DNA of 64,000 bases from Octopus bimaculoides (GCF_001194135.2 NC_068986.1:105687531-105751530); one strand, 5' to 3'. Counted from the first letter of the stretch, positions 23,630 through 36,901 are shown. Notes: generated by a model from the letters alone, not told the origin. Translations and numbers: made by a program.

Positions 23630-24265
23630 ATATATATATATATAACAAAGTTAATCGCCTCATCAATATGGCTGTTCAATGTTAGTACTGTTTTAACCCC
23701 AGGCAGATCTTCCGCCAGCTAGTCATAGAGGCAGCTAGCACCTCGTAAATATTACATGCAGGGGAGCGAACCCCTACCAGCTTCCAGTAGACGACGAGAT
23801 CGCGAGATCGACTCGGTTTCCAACTAGTTTTGCTCGTCTTCAGTCGTGAACACCTGGTCGCTAGAGTGATCGCCAGAGTCCGCTCCAGTAAACAATATAT
23901 CGATCATCGGTCACTAATTTGCAACAACTAAAGTGAAGTTAATCGCCACATCAATGTTACTACTAGTTTAACCCCAGGCAGATCTTCCGCCAGCTGGTTA
24001 TAGGTACAGCCTGCTCTCCATCGTTTCGACAAAACAGACCAATAAAATAAGTACTTGGCTTACAAAGAATAAGTCCTAGGGTCGATTTGTTCGACTAAAG
24101 GCAGTGCTCCAGCATGGCTGCAGACAAATGACTGAAACAAGTAAAAGAATAAAAGAATAAATGCTAAGACAGTGTTGCTTTCGATTTATCGTCTGCAAAC
24201 CATGAATCAAATAAGATACAGTAGAAACTAACATTCTCGAAACAAATTTGAAACGTTATACTCAC

Positions 24266-24815
24266 ATGACTGAAAGATCATGAAGAAAACTCCAAAGAAA
24301 TGGTTAATCGAAGAATCTGAATCGATATTTTTCCATCTGGCGTACCAAATTCCAACTTCTGTGAGGTATGCACATTTTGCTGACCATAAAGGAGCTGCTC
24401 CTAATCCAACAATGGCGGACACTACAACCATCATCCACATTTTCGGGTAAAAATTTCCAGCTACGTAAATCGTGTAAGTAACCATGCTTAAAGCTACAGT
24501 CCATTTGCATCCGAGAAAACTTATGATTGGTGGTGGTAGAAATAAGCATGAGAGAATAAGAGCTGCATAAATTACCGCTGTGGATATAAGCCCAACATTA
24601 TGTTCTTGGTTCAATGTACTTTGTAGGTTCATCAACGCCTGGAACGATGTAAATAAACATAAGAAACCAAAGCTCAACACCAGAGCATTCTTTATGATGC
24701 GTACTTTACTGATTGGTGGCGTGTTCGCAACAGAGATGACCTTTTCATAGGATGGTGGTAGATCAGCTGTTTTTATCTCGACCTTGTTGTCGGAGTAGCT
24801 CACTTTTTCCTTCAT
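24266..24815 (-). CDS. UNC93A: UNC-93-like protein A, first coding exon (550 nt)
   Basis: Translation MKEKVSY...KNALVLSFGFLCLFTSFQALMNLQSTLN...GCKWT...NFYP...GLGAAPLWSAKCAYLT...FFGVFFMIFQS matches UNC-93 family motifs. Polypyrimidine tract plus CAG acceptor lies immediately before the ATG at 24815; GTGAG donor after 24266 (phase 1). Confidence 0.92.
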
Positions 24816-24958
24816 CTGGGAAGAGAAATAAGAAATGATGATGATGATAAGAAGAAGAAAAAGAAGACCTACAAAAACCAGCAATGCTTGTAACTGGAAG
24901 AATTCTTCGCAGGGTTATTGAAGCATGACCAATAAACAACAACAACAACAACATAGGT

Positions 24959-25366
24959 GCAGGAGTGGCTGTGTGGTAAGTAGCTCGCTTACCAACCACA
25001 TGGTTCCGAGTTCAGTCCCACTGCGTGGCACCTTGGGCAAGTGTCTTCTGCTATAGCCTCGAGCCGACCGAAACCTTCTGAGTGGATTTGGTAGACGGAA
25101 ACTGAAAGAAGCCCGTCGTATATATGTATATATATATATCTCTATGTATGTGTGTGTGTGTGTGTATGTTTGTGTGTCTGTGTTTGTCCTCCCAACATCG
25201 CTTGACAACCGGTGGTGGTGTGTTTACGTCCCCGTAACTTAGCGGTTCGGCAAAAGAACCCGATAGAATAAGTACTAGGCTTACAAAGAATAAGTCCTGA
25301 GGTCGATTTGTTCGACTAAAGGCGGTGCTCCAGCATGGCCGCAGTCAAATGACTGAAATAAGTAAA
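24959..25366 (+). mobile_element. SINE family B
   Basis: Near-consensus copy about 140 bp from the acceptor of the first UNC93A coding exon. Confidence 0.87.
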
Positions 25367-25379
25367 TGTGTAAAGAGTT

Positions 25380-25584
25380 TTCTACTCTAGCCACAAGGCC
25401 CGAAATTTGGGGGGAGAGGGCCAGTCAATTAGATCGACTCCAGTACGCAACTGATAATTTATTGACCCCGAAAGGATGAAAGGCAAAGTCAACCTCGGCG
25501 GAATTAGAACTCAGAACGTAAAGACAGACGAAATACGGCTAAACATTTCATCCGGCGTGCTAACGTTTTAGCCAGCTCGCTGCC

Positions 25585-25615
<31 letters not shown>

Positions 25616-25965
25616 GGGTTTCAAATTTTGCTAAAACGGCAGCAATTTTGGGAGAAAGGATGAATCGATTACATCGACCCTAGTGTTCAATTAATATTTA
25701 TTTTATCGACCACGAAAAGGTGAAAGGTAAATAATAAGTTTATTTTTTTATTGCCACAGGGGGCTAAACATAGAGAGGACAAACAAGGACAGACAAAAGG
25801 ATTAAGTCCATTACACCGATCCCAGAGCGTAACTGGTACTCATTTAATCGACCCCGAAAGGATAAAAGGCAAAGTCGACCTTGACGAAATTTGAACGCAG
25901 AACGTAACAGCAGACGAAATCCCGCTAAGCATTTCGCCCGGCATGCTAACATTTCTGCCAGCTAT
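25380..25965 (-). mobile_element. Cluster of family C SINEs
   Basis: Units at ~25380-25590, ~25615-25725 and ~25740-25965. Confidence 0.78.
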
Positions 25966-26361
25966 AATAATAACTTTATCATTCATCTTTTTTTTACTCA
26001 TGTCAGTCATTGAACTGCGGTCATGCTGGGGCACTGCTCTAAAGGATTTTAGCCAAACGAATAGACACCAATACTTTTCCGCTAACTCTCGTATTCTTTT
26101 TCTAATCAATCTGTTTTGCCGAATCTAAGTTATCGGAACGTAAGCAAACCACAAACCAATTCCGGATGTCGAGTGGTGCGGAGAGTTACAAATACACACA
26201 AAGATATGCGTAGACATATTATATATTTCGCTCAGGCATAGCGAGACTAATTCTATAGTGTAGAACTCAATATACGTATGGTTCAGAATACAATGTTATG
26301 TGAGTATAGAGTGATAAGAGAAAACAAAGAGATGACGTCGGATAAACTAAATGTTACATAA

Positions 26362-26568
26362 TGAACTTGTATTGGCTTACAGCTGTTTCTGCTATGTGAT
26401 TGACTCTTGGTTGAATACCAAGATAGCATCCTATAGCTTCGTCAGAGCTTTGCCAAATGAAGTGCACTTCATATTCAAAGTTACATTTTCAGAACATTAT
26501 GAGCATTATGAGCGAGAAAGAGACCACCACATCTTATAGCAGAAATAGCTGTAAGCTAATGAAGTTCA
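26362..26568. repeat. Short inverted repeat / MITE relic
   Basis: TGAACTTGTATTGGCTTACAGCTGTTTCTGCTAT pairs with ATAGCAGAAATAGCTGTAAGCTAATGAAGTTCA. Confidence 0.55.
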
Positions 26569-27198
26569 CTAAATAACATTTGGATCTTTTTTAAAACGGG
26601 GGCCACATCTTTCATTAACGAAACACTTTCAAACTTGGAACACTGGTAGAATGTGTCATATAAAACATCATTTTCTCTTAGTCTTCTTAAAAAAAAAAGA
26701 AATCCATCAGTTATTCCATGTTAAAGTTGTCGTATTTCTGTAATTTCAACCAATCACTGACGTCCATTCAGCCGATATACATTAAGTGCCGACTACATAA
26801 ACAAACGATTCTGAAACAATTCTATCGGTGATAGGGTTAGGGTTAGGGTAAAACAGCAAATTTAAAAAGAAAAAAGCAAATAAAACGAAGAAAAAAAGAA
26901 AATGAAAAAAAGCAAATTTAAAATGAAAAAAGCAAATAAAACGAAGCTATGGCTTAATCAGCCAAAGGAGTAAATGTAAACAACTGAATACTTGTCAGTG
27001 ATTGGTTGAAATTATCGAAATAAGACAATTTTTTACATGAAATAAATTCGAATACAAAAATATTTTCCTGTTCTATAACACAAAATAGATAAGTATACGA
27101 AGTTTGAAAGTATTTCAGTACCAAAAACACTACGTAAAACATTAATGAAAAATGTGGCCCCAGTTTTAAAAAAGATGCTAACATTTAATTTTTCCAGT
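26567..27198. mobile_element. Non-autonomous DNA transposon with ~45-bp TIRs
   Basis: GATCTTTTTTAAAACGGGGGCCACATCTTTCATTAA pairs with TTAATGAAAAATGTGGCCCCAGTTTTAAAAAAGATG; contains a (TTAGGG)2 run. Confidence 0.6.
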
Positions 27199-27249
27199 GT
27201 CATATCTCTGTTTTATATAAATATATAATATAGAATCTCGGCACAAAGA

Positions 27250-28640
27250 ATAATGGTAACAGTGAAATCAAGCAGTCAACGTTCAGAGGTATTTTATTGT
27301 CACTGGAACCAATCAAGGGTGTGGTTTAGTTCCATATTCATTTCAATGATACTTTTAGGGATTACCATGAAGGTGTAAAATTCCAATTTCGCACAGAAGG
27401 TCTCCTAAACTTAAATGAGCAAAGCTTCAGATCAAAGAAAAGGACCATGTAAGAGATTCTACACAATTTTCTGTTCGCTGATGATTGCGATTTGATTTCT
27501 CATACATTTGAAGGAATTCAAGAAACAATTGACAGGTTTTCTGTAACAGCTCATGCATTTGGACTGACTGTCAGCATCAAAATGACAAGCTTTATTCTAA
27601 CCAAAACCTGGGTAGAACATACTCAAGATTCAAACGTTATGATTGACAAGTCACTCAAATGGATCAGGTCATATCTTAGAAGCACGGTAAACTTTAAGAG
27701 TTGGCACTCCGTCGCTTACGACGTCGAGGGTTCCAGTTGATTCGATCAACGGAACAGCCTGCTCGTGAAATTAACGTGCAAGTAGCTGAGCATTCCACAG
27801 ACACGTGTACCCTTAACGTAGTTCTCGGGGATATTCAGCGTGACAAGGCTTACCCTTTGAATTACAGGCACAACAGAAACAGGAAGTAAGAGTGAGAGAA
27901 AGTTGTGGTGAAAGAGTACAGCAGGGTTCGCCACCATCCCCTGCCGGAGCCTCGTGGAGCTTTAGGTGTTTTCGCTCAATAAATACACTCACAACGCTCG
28001 GTCTGGGAATCGAAACCGCGATCCTATGACCGCGGGTCCGCTGCCCTAACTACTAGGCCATTGCACCTCCACAAACTTTAAGAATACTCTTGACGAAATC
28101 AATGTTTGAATATCTATGACTACGAATGCTTTTGGAAAACCTTCCAGTCGTTCGTGGGATGAGCACGGTGTCACTTTGAAAATTCAAATGTGTATACAAA
28201 TGTATTTTAAGCACACTCTTGTGTAGGACAGAATAATGGACTCCCTACTACAGACATATAAACTCAAACCTTTCACATGTGCTGTTTGCGCAATATCTGC
28301 AACATAAACTGGCAAGATAAGATATCAAAAACTTAGAAAAATGTGATGTCTCCAGTGTCCGAAGCATGCCGCTGCGAATTCAGTGCAGATAGGTGGGACA
28401 TGTTGTTCGAATGAAAGATGACCGCATTCCAAAAATTCTTTTGTATGGCAAAGTAGAAAACACCGCGGTAAGGGAAGACCCGTCTTAGGATACAGGAATA
28501 GTTGAAGCAATCATTATAATCGCTGCAGCTTAATTTGAAATCTTGGGAAAGTCATTGCCTTGATCGACGTGCATGGCGTAAAATGTGTCAGAACAATGTG
28601 TCAAAACAATTTGAGTTGAAGAAACAGAACAATAGAATAA
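27250..28640 (+). mobile_element. RTE (BovB-like) LINE fragment, RT and C-terminal region, interrupted by a SINE at 27700-28072
   Basis: Degenerate TNQGCGLVP, LFADDCDL...IDRFS..AHAFGLTVSIK and, after the SINE, GHVVRMKDDRIPKILLYG. Confidence 0.8.
27700..28072 (-). mobile_element. SINE family A, full length, 11-bp TSD AAACTTTAAGA
   Basis: TSD at 27689-27699 and 28073-28083; inserted in the RTE fragment. Confidence 0.9.
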
Positions 28641-29115
28641 TTAGATCCTGCAATTAACAGACACATTTGCCCAATCTCAGACAAAATCAAAATCATCATT
28701 GTCCCCATAGCTACTTCATAACAAAATCCACCCTGGGACTCAAATTACATTCATGCATCCATCGCAAATACTCGTAGCTTCTTTTGTTCTTTTCTTTGTC
28801 TCATTATTTTTAAATCCTTTTCTTCAAACTCTCATACATCGAAATCGACGGAAGTGACCATTATTCATTGTATGTATGTAGGTAGGTAGTGTGCTGTTCT
28901 ATGATGGTAAGATCAACAAAAATGTACTCCATCTGGTGAGTGATAAATGTTATTTAATACACACTATACATATTTGTTTATGAGCTGCTAATAGTTTCAT
29001 GCGATGAAAGAGCCCGAGGATTGCAATAAGGCACCAGACGTGTTATAAAAAGTTGTTTTCTCATCGCATGAAATTATTAGTAGCTACAAAATATATATAT
29101 ATATTTATATATATA

Positions 29116-29216
<101 letters not shown>

Positions 29217-30368
29217 CTGTATTTATGTATTTATTAACTTGTGTGCGAGAGAGAGAGAGAATGCGCGTGGCCTAGAGGTTAGGGTATTGCAATCACGATC
29301 TCGCGATTGTGGTTTCAATTCCTAGAACGGATGGTGCATCGTGTTCTTGAGCAAAACACTTCATTCCAACGTTGCTCTCTGATCACTTCGACATATATAC
29401 GCTGGGGAGCCAATTATATACTATGGGGATTTACCTCCCTTATCTCAGTCATTAAGATAGTGACATGTGGTTATTTGAGTTGTTTTAACCTTTATTTCTA
29501 GCAATAGTGCTGCTAATCAGAACCCTTTGTCACTATATATATATATAATATATTACACGACGAGCTTCTAGATAGTCACGTCTACCAAATACATTCACAA
29601 AGCACCGGTCGTGGTCGGTTCGAGGTTAAAGTAGAAGACACTTGTCCAAGATACCCCCAGTAGCACTGAACTAAAAACTACGAAGCTGTAAAGCGAACTT
29701 CACAGCGTGCCCTTGTTTTCGGTGTCGTCAAGGAATTTCTCAAACTTTGTTCTCTCTCTGTCTATCTATCGCCCTTTATCTATATATGTATAAATATATA
29801 ATTAGAGGATAAAATCATTAAAATTATTGAGTTTTATCAATGACCGGCATATAAAAACCTTTTAGGTAAAATACATTTATATAGATATATTACCGTATAG
29901 GCTTCAATTATACTTAAGGGCACAAAAAACTATTATGCCTATATACTGAAAGAACGCGCCGAATACGTCCTTCCACTTGAAATGTTCACTCCAGAGTTAA
30001 ATTCTGCTCCGGCACAGAATAAAGAATTCAATTTTAGAAGAAAAATCAAGAGATGTGGTTCTGTGTCGCGTTGAATCTCCTTGAGAACTACGTTAAGGGT
30101 ACACATGTCTGTAGAATGCTCATCTATTTGCACTTTAATTTCATGAGCAGACTGTTCCGTTGATCGGATCAAATGGAACACTTACCGTAACCGACGAGTC
30201 CCCGACATGGACGGATGTACGTACAGACAGAGACACATACATACGTTTGTGCGTGTGTGTGTGTGTGTGTGTGTGTTCGCCACCACTTGACAGCCGGTAT
30301 TGGTTTGTTTACACCCCCTTTACCTAGCGGTTCGGCAAAATAGAACGATAGACTGATTACCACATATA

Positions 30369-30590
30369 TGGCGGCGAGCTGGCAGAAACGTTAGCACGCC
30401 GGGCGAAATGCTTAGCAGTATTTCGTCTGTCGTTACGTTCTGAGTTCATATTCCACCGAGGTCGACTTTGCCTTTCATCCTTTCGGGGTCGATAAATAAA
30501 GTACCAGTTACACACTGGGGTCGATGTAATCGACTTAATCCTTGTATCTGTCCTTGTTTGTCCCTTCTATGTTTAGCCCCTTGTAGGCAA
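30369..30590 (+). mobile_element. Family C SINE
   Basis: Near-consensus copy. Confidence 0.85.
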
Positions 30591-31507
30591 AGAATGATTA
30601 CCACATTTACAAAAGTGAGCTGTGTTGATTTGTTAGATTAAACCCCGCTCCAGGTCAATGCCCAAACATTCCGGCCTTTCAGTTTCTGCTTTTACATACA
30701 TCACAATGTTTGTCTTTCGAATTATTAATAGATTTTTTTTTTTTTTATCATACGTCTGCGAAAGATCGGTTGAAATAAAAACATACGGCCTCAATTAACT
30801 CTATTTTAAAAGAAAATACTTTTGTGGGTCATAGCCACACGACGCTCAACCTGTCTGATTACTTTGCAGCCAAACAATATTTCGGAAGTTAAAATTTCTT
30901 ATATATATATATATATATATATATAAACACGACTATATTCAACGAACAGGTGAACTAATGTAACAAAGCTGGAATCAATGTTCTGTGTAACATTCATATT
31001 CTAGGTGAGCCGTATAAAATACCAATGCCGAGTCACAGTAATGTTAATTGTCATCCTCTTTAATTACGATTCTTTCCTTCATATCAATCCACCTACTTAT
31101 ACCCCCGTCCCATTCGGCAGTTTTCGCATTAATTTATTGTCCCTCAACACACATTTTTTTTAATGTAGGTCAAGTACAGAGACATACTTAAATATTATTA
31201 TTAAATACTGATTATAAATATATACATATATGACCTACATATGAGTTTCGCATTTAATGCTGCTGTTGGTACTTTCTTAATTTTGTTCACCGCATATTTC
31301 AACATATATATATATATATATATTCAACGAACAGGTGAACTAATTTAACAATGCTGGAATCAATGTTCTGTGTAACATTCATATTCTAGGTGCACCTTGT
31401 TTACCATTTTTGTCCTTGTTCTTTTGCCACGTCATGTACCCAGTTATGTATCTATATGTACATGTGGATGAACGTACATACATACATGTACATATACTCA
31501 TATATTG

Positions 31508-31549
<42 letters not shown>

Positions 31550-31565
31550 CATACACACACACATG

Positions 31566-31793
31566 CAGGGTCGGCCAAAAGTCACTTAATATTCAATTTT
31601 ATCTATTCAATCCAATTATGAATGTTTAATAATAAATGCTGCGAGTTAAAAAACAAAATCACGGTTTTTTCTTTTTTTATATATTTCCTTCAACATTTGT
31701 CTGTTTATTAACGAAGTCTCATTCAGTTGTTAAACATAAATTTTGAAATTAAGTGCCTATTATTTACTGTCAAATGACTTTTGGCCAAACCTC
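31566..31793. mobile_element. Tc1/mariner-type MITE relic
   Basis: CAGGGTCGGCCAAAAGTCA and TGACTTTTGGCCAAACCTC ends. Confidence 0.5.
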
Positions 31794-31850
31794 TCTCTTA
31801 TATATATATATATATATATATAAGGTTTAGAGGTGATGCACAGGTATTAT

Positions 31851-32225
31851 TATTAGAAAAAATAAGGTACTCAGAGATCTGGATGGTTGTACATTTACAG
31901 ATTTTTTATTAATGTCACATGTTTTTATAATCATATATATTAGCGCTTTCATCTACCCTAATAGATTCTTCAGATTAAATTTTTTTTTAAGGGATTCGTC
32001 TCTCTTTATAATATTCAGTGTGTAGGGGAGGAGAGTTTTTATCTCTCTCTCTCCACCCCTACACACTCAATACTATAAAAAGAGACGAATCCTTTCAAAA
32101 AAATTTAAACCTGAAGAATCTGTTAGAGTAGATGAAAGCGCTAATATATATGATTTATAAAAACATGTAACATATTAATAAAAATCTCTAAATATATAAC
32201 CATCCAGATCTTTGAGAACCTTATT

Positions 32226-32235
<10 letters not shown>
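31851..32235. mobile_element. Foldback hairpin element (~185-bp arms) between (TA)n tracts
   Basis: TATTAGAAAAAATAAGG...GTGTAGGGGAGGAGAG and its reverse complement; tiny central loop. Confidence 0.75.
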
Positions 32236-32272
<37 letters not shown>

Positions 32273-33869
32273 AGTATCCTATGTGTGGACAAACAGTGTG
32301 TGACGACAAAAGAGATAGACTTTAATATCGTTGGAAATATTAAATGAATCAATTTATGGAGATTCACAAGCAGGACTAAGTTTCTATTTCAATGTATGTT
32401 TCTGTGTGTGCGTGTGTTTCTTCTGTCATGCAGTGCAAATTATACAAATAAATGTGCAGCAACGATTACGTATGTGACTCCAGTTGACAAGGTTGCGTGT
32501 TGGACTCCAGACGCGGTCTTGCAAGACTCGTTTTAGGCGCAGCGTGGCAGTATGTTTAAGATTGTTTTGATACCACGTGTTTTCCGCTACAGTCCTACTG
32601 CGCTTCAGGCCTACTTGTTCAAGTGTCTTGTACTATAGCCCCGAGTAGACCAGTGCCTCATGAGTGAATATACTAGACGGAAACTGCATGACATTCCGCC
32701 ATATACATACATGCTTTCATATATACATGCATAACAAGCACGTGTCATGAGTAATTTCTCAGGGTAGACAGTTAGTGACGTTTATTTAGTAAAACACAAA
32801 TAAATAAGCGAAACACAAGCGCGTGACTGTGTTGGAGGCAGATTTACTTCTGCCTTTAAAGCGCGTAAAGAAAACGTTGTTGTTGGAGTGTACGCAGCAC
32901 GTGTACTACAGCAGTGCTATGCGTAGTTTTAATACTGAGATTGAAAGGTAGGGGGCGAATTATGCCTACATATCTACAAAAAAATATAATTTTGCATTTT
33001 ATGCAGAGTAATCATAGCAACCTTCATAATTTTATTGAATTAGATGCATATTTTGCCATAAAAGGAAAGTCTTACTTTCGATTTATTTCATTCAGAGTAG
33101 GCACTGCCTACCTTACCTACCCAGGCGGCACGTCCCTGATGCATACATGCATACAAACATACATACATACACACATGTTTGTGGGTTTTGTGTTTGGGTT
33201 TGTCTCCACCACCACCACTTGACAACTAGAGTCATTTTGCTTATATCTTCGTAACTTGGCAGTTCGGCAAAAGTGTCCGATAGAATAAGTACCATGCTTT
33301 TAGAAAAAAAATCCTAAGTAATGTTGATTTGTTCGATTAAAGCCATCAGGGCAATACTACAGCATGACTGGAGTCAAATTTCTGCTCTGGCTTAACCACA
33401 TGGTTCCGAGTTCTGTCCTACTGCGTGGAACCTTGGGCAAGTGTCTTCTACTATAGTCCTAGGTCAACCAAAGCCTTGTGAATGGATTTAGTAGACGAAA
33501 ACTGAAGGAAGCCCGACTTATACATATGTATATAAGATAGATGGATGGATGTGTGTCCCACCATCGCTTGACAACCGGGGATGGTAATTTAGCGGTTCGG
33601 CAAAAAGAGACGGATAGAACAAGTACCAGGCTTACAAAGAATAAGCGCTGGGGTCGATTTGTTCGACTAAAATGGCTGTGCTCCAGCATCGCCACAGTCA
33701 AATGACAAACAAGTAAAAGAATAAAAAAATGTACATAAAAGAATGTACATAAAAGAATCTCTCTCTCTCTCCACCCCTCTCCCTTCTCTCTCGCTCAATT
33801 TTAATAGTTTTTCCTCGTTTCTCTTATCATACGACTTACAGATGCAGAAAAATATGGCTACAGTTTTTC

Positions 33870-34031
33870 TTTTACTTGTTTCAGTCATTTGACTGCGGTC
33901 ATGCTGGAGCACCACATTTAGTCGAACAAATCGACCCCAGGCCTTTATTCGTTGTAAGCCTAGTACTTATTCTATCGGCCACCTTTGCGTAAACACACCA
34001 ACATCGGTTGTCAAGCAATGCNNNNNNNNNN

Positions 34032-34068
<37 letters not shown>

Positions 34069-34105
34069 GACGGCTTTATAGACAGACAGACAGACAGACA
34101 GACAC

Positions 34106-34151
<46 letters not shown>

Positions 34152-34310
34152 GACGAGCTTCTTTCAGTTTCCGTCTATCAAATCTACTCAAGGCTTTGGT
34201 CGGCCCGAGGCTATAGTAGAAGACATCTGCCCAAGGTGCTTCGCAGTGGGACTGAACTCGGAACCATGTGATTGGGAAGGACGTTCTTACCACACAGCCA
34301 CCCCTGTGCC
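33870..34310 (-). mobile_element. SINE family B
   Basis: Homology to 1360-1722, with an expanded internal microsatellite. Confidence 0.8.
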
Positions 34311-34389
34311 TATATCGTTACGAATATCCCTTTAGTAATATCTCACGAAAAAGAATTATCAGTGTCATGGTAGAAAATAAACGATATTG

Positions 34390-34538
34390 CATTTTGGTCG
34401 AGTCAGCTCTTTGCTACTCTGAATTTGAACTATAAACACACAAGATCTTCAGGCAAGCAGAGTCCCAGATCTTGCCTGAAGATCTGGTGTACCTGCAAGT
34501 AAAACTCAGAGTAGCAAACGGCTGACTCAACCAAAATG
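34390..34538. repeat. Nested hairpin (37-bp outer arms, 15-bp perfect inner stem)
   Basis: CATTTTGGTCGAGTCAGC...CTCTGAATTT / AAACTCAGAG...CAACCAAAATG; inner AGATCTTCAGGCAAG/CTTGCCTGAAGATCT with a 13-nt loop. Confidence 0.8.
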
Positions 34539-36382
34539 ATGCGCGCGTGTGTACGTGATGCGTGCGCATTTGAGTGAGTGAGGGAAGGAGGGAATGAGTG
34601 TATTCGTATTTGCCTCCGCCACGCTTGACAGCTGTTGGTCTGCTTACGTATATGTAATATAGCGGTTCGGTATACGAGTCCGATAAAATAAGCGCCAAAT
34701 TTTTAAAAATAAATATTAGGACCGATCTGTTCGATAAACCCTCCAAGGCGGTGCCCCAGCATGGCCGCATTCCTGTGAAGATAGTAAATAGACGCAGAAG
34801 TAATGGATAAAAAAAAATCTCTTCATAATCACGAAGTTCCTGGTTTGATCTCACAGCGTAACCAATCACAGGGTAACTTGTGCCATTTCTTCCACAAATC
34901 TCAGATCTGTAGGTAGTCATGAGTGGTACTCTTTCTCCTTTGATGGAGCCATAAAAATATCGAAGTTTAGTAAAATCAATGAAGCAGTTTAGAAAGAGAA
35001 TGACCAATAACAGGGCAATATATTGGACATGGGTAGGAGACGCTTTGGCACAGCCTCAACAAATATATATTACTAAATAAAAATTAACAAAGCACTCATT
35101 GTATGGTTGTAGATCATATGCCGCCCACCTATAGATTCATAGGTGACGCAAAATGGGTGAAAACGCCTGGATTGTAGATTATATTAAAGCGGAAAACTGG
35201 AAGAATAGTTAACATGTCAGATAAAATGCTTAGCGGCATTTCTTCTGGCTTTTTACGTTCTGAGTTCGAATCCTACCGAAGTCAGCTTTTGCGTTTCATT
35301 CCTTCAGGGCCGATAAAATAAAGTACCAATTGGGTTTTTGGGTTGATGTAATCGACTTGTCCCCTCTTCTCAAAAACTGTTGGTCTTCAATCCCGCAACG
35401 GACCGGCTTCCCTTTCAGGGAAGAATGTTGTAGTTTTGGCCACCTATATGCCACGGAAACCTGGTAACTGGTGGTCCGAGCCCTAAGGCTCAAGAAAAAA
35501 TGGATTATAAGCACAGATATTGCTAGTGTCATTAAGAATGCCGCTCTGCAATCAAGTGGCTTTGGGTTCAATCTCATTGCGCGGCACCTTGCGCAAGTGT
35601 TTTTATCGTAGCCCTCGGCTGACCAATGCCTTTGTGGATTTGGCAGACGAAAATTGTGCGGTTGACCATCATATATATATATATATATATATACGTGTGC
35701 ATGTATATGTATGTATGCGTGTATATATAGGCATTTGCATATATGTATTTATATATGTTCAATTGTACGTGTATATGTGTGTGTGCATGTGTGTGTGTTT
35801 TGAGAACAGGTGTTGGTTTCTTTATGTCTCTGTAACCAGTGATTCGGCAAAAGGAACAGCTAAAGTAAATATCACACTTCAAGTAAAAAAAAAAAAAAAA
35901 AATTACTGAAGTTAATTTATTTAATTGAAGCCATTCAAAGCAGTGCTCCAGCATGGCCACAGTCAAATGACTGAAACGTGTAAAAGCTGGTGGGTATTCA
36001 CAGGCAAGTACCGTTGCTAGGAAATAAGTAAGAGATAAGGTTAGGATAATTTGTCTAACCTGTCAGAGGGGAATAAGTATTGCATATTATAAGACAGTTA
36101 TTAAGGAGAGAAATCCAGTTGACCTCGCGATTGAGGGTCAGGCCCATTGGTTCTTATTTTTATTACTGGGGTTCTATAAGAACATGGCCGTCTGGTTAAG
36201 CGGATTCGCAGTCACGAATTTCCAGAATCGGAACAACTGTTTCGTACCTTCAGTAAGTGTCCGCAATAACTTCAAGACTAAGACTTATAAATGGCTATAA
36301 CACCACTTTTTTCTCTCTACTTCTCTCTTTGGTCACCCTATCTATATACATACCTACAGGAACACACACTATATATATATAC

Positions 36383-36417
<35 letters not shown>

Positions 36418-36859
36418 TACCATAAATCCTCGAGTATAATTCGCATTTTTTTCCCAAAAATTTAAAGATCAAAATCCCTAGTGCGTACTATATACGAGGT
36501 TAAAAATCTAAAATATTTTCTAAGCAATGTCCGAGTCTCTATTTGCTGTCCGGCAATGATTGTTCAGACACACTTTGTGATGTCGGGCGCGAAAATACCT
36601 TAAGCTATATATATTTTTCACTGACGTTATTACTGTTATTTCTTTATTTTCTGCAAATTGCACAAAAAAGCTACACGTTTGCATTATGTTAGATATACAA
36701 TAATAATAATAAAGGACGTTACCGTATATATGTTTACAAATCAAGGACGTTATACCGACCTCCTTGACTCAAGTTAGAGAAGGGGTGCGTATTGTACACA
36801 AGGTTTAGGTTTTTCAGAGGTNNNNNNNNNNTATATATATATATATATGTGTGTGTGTT

Positions 36860-36894
<35 letters not shown>

Positions 36895-36901
<7 letters not shown>

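Noticed and set aside
24816-24884. Hydrophobic N-terminal extension MLVFVGLLFLLLIIIIISYFSSQ of the ORF
   Set aside because: It is the intronic polypyrimidine/(ATC)n tract ending in a CAG acceptor, not a signal peptide.
26832-26849. TAGGG(TTAGGG)2 telomere-like run
   Set aside because: Too short and internal to a MITE; not evidence of a telomere or fusion.
30925-31395. ~75-bp direct repeat about 390 bp apart (also a 50-bp tandem at 58190-58290 and a 14-bp minisatellite at 38500-38575)
   Set aside because: Ordinary local duplications next to microsatellites.
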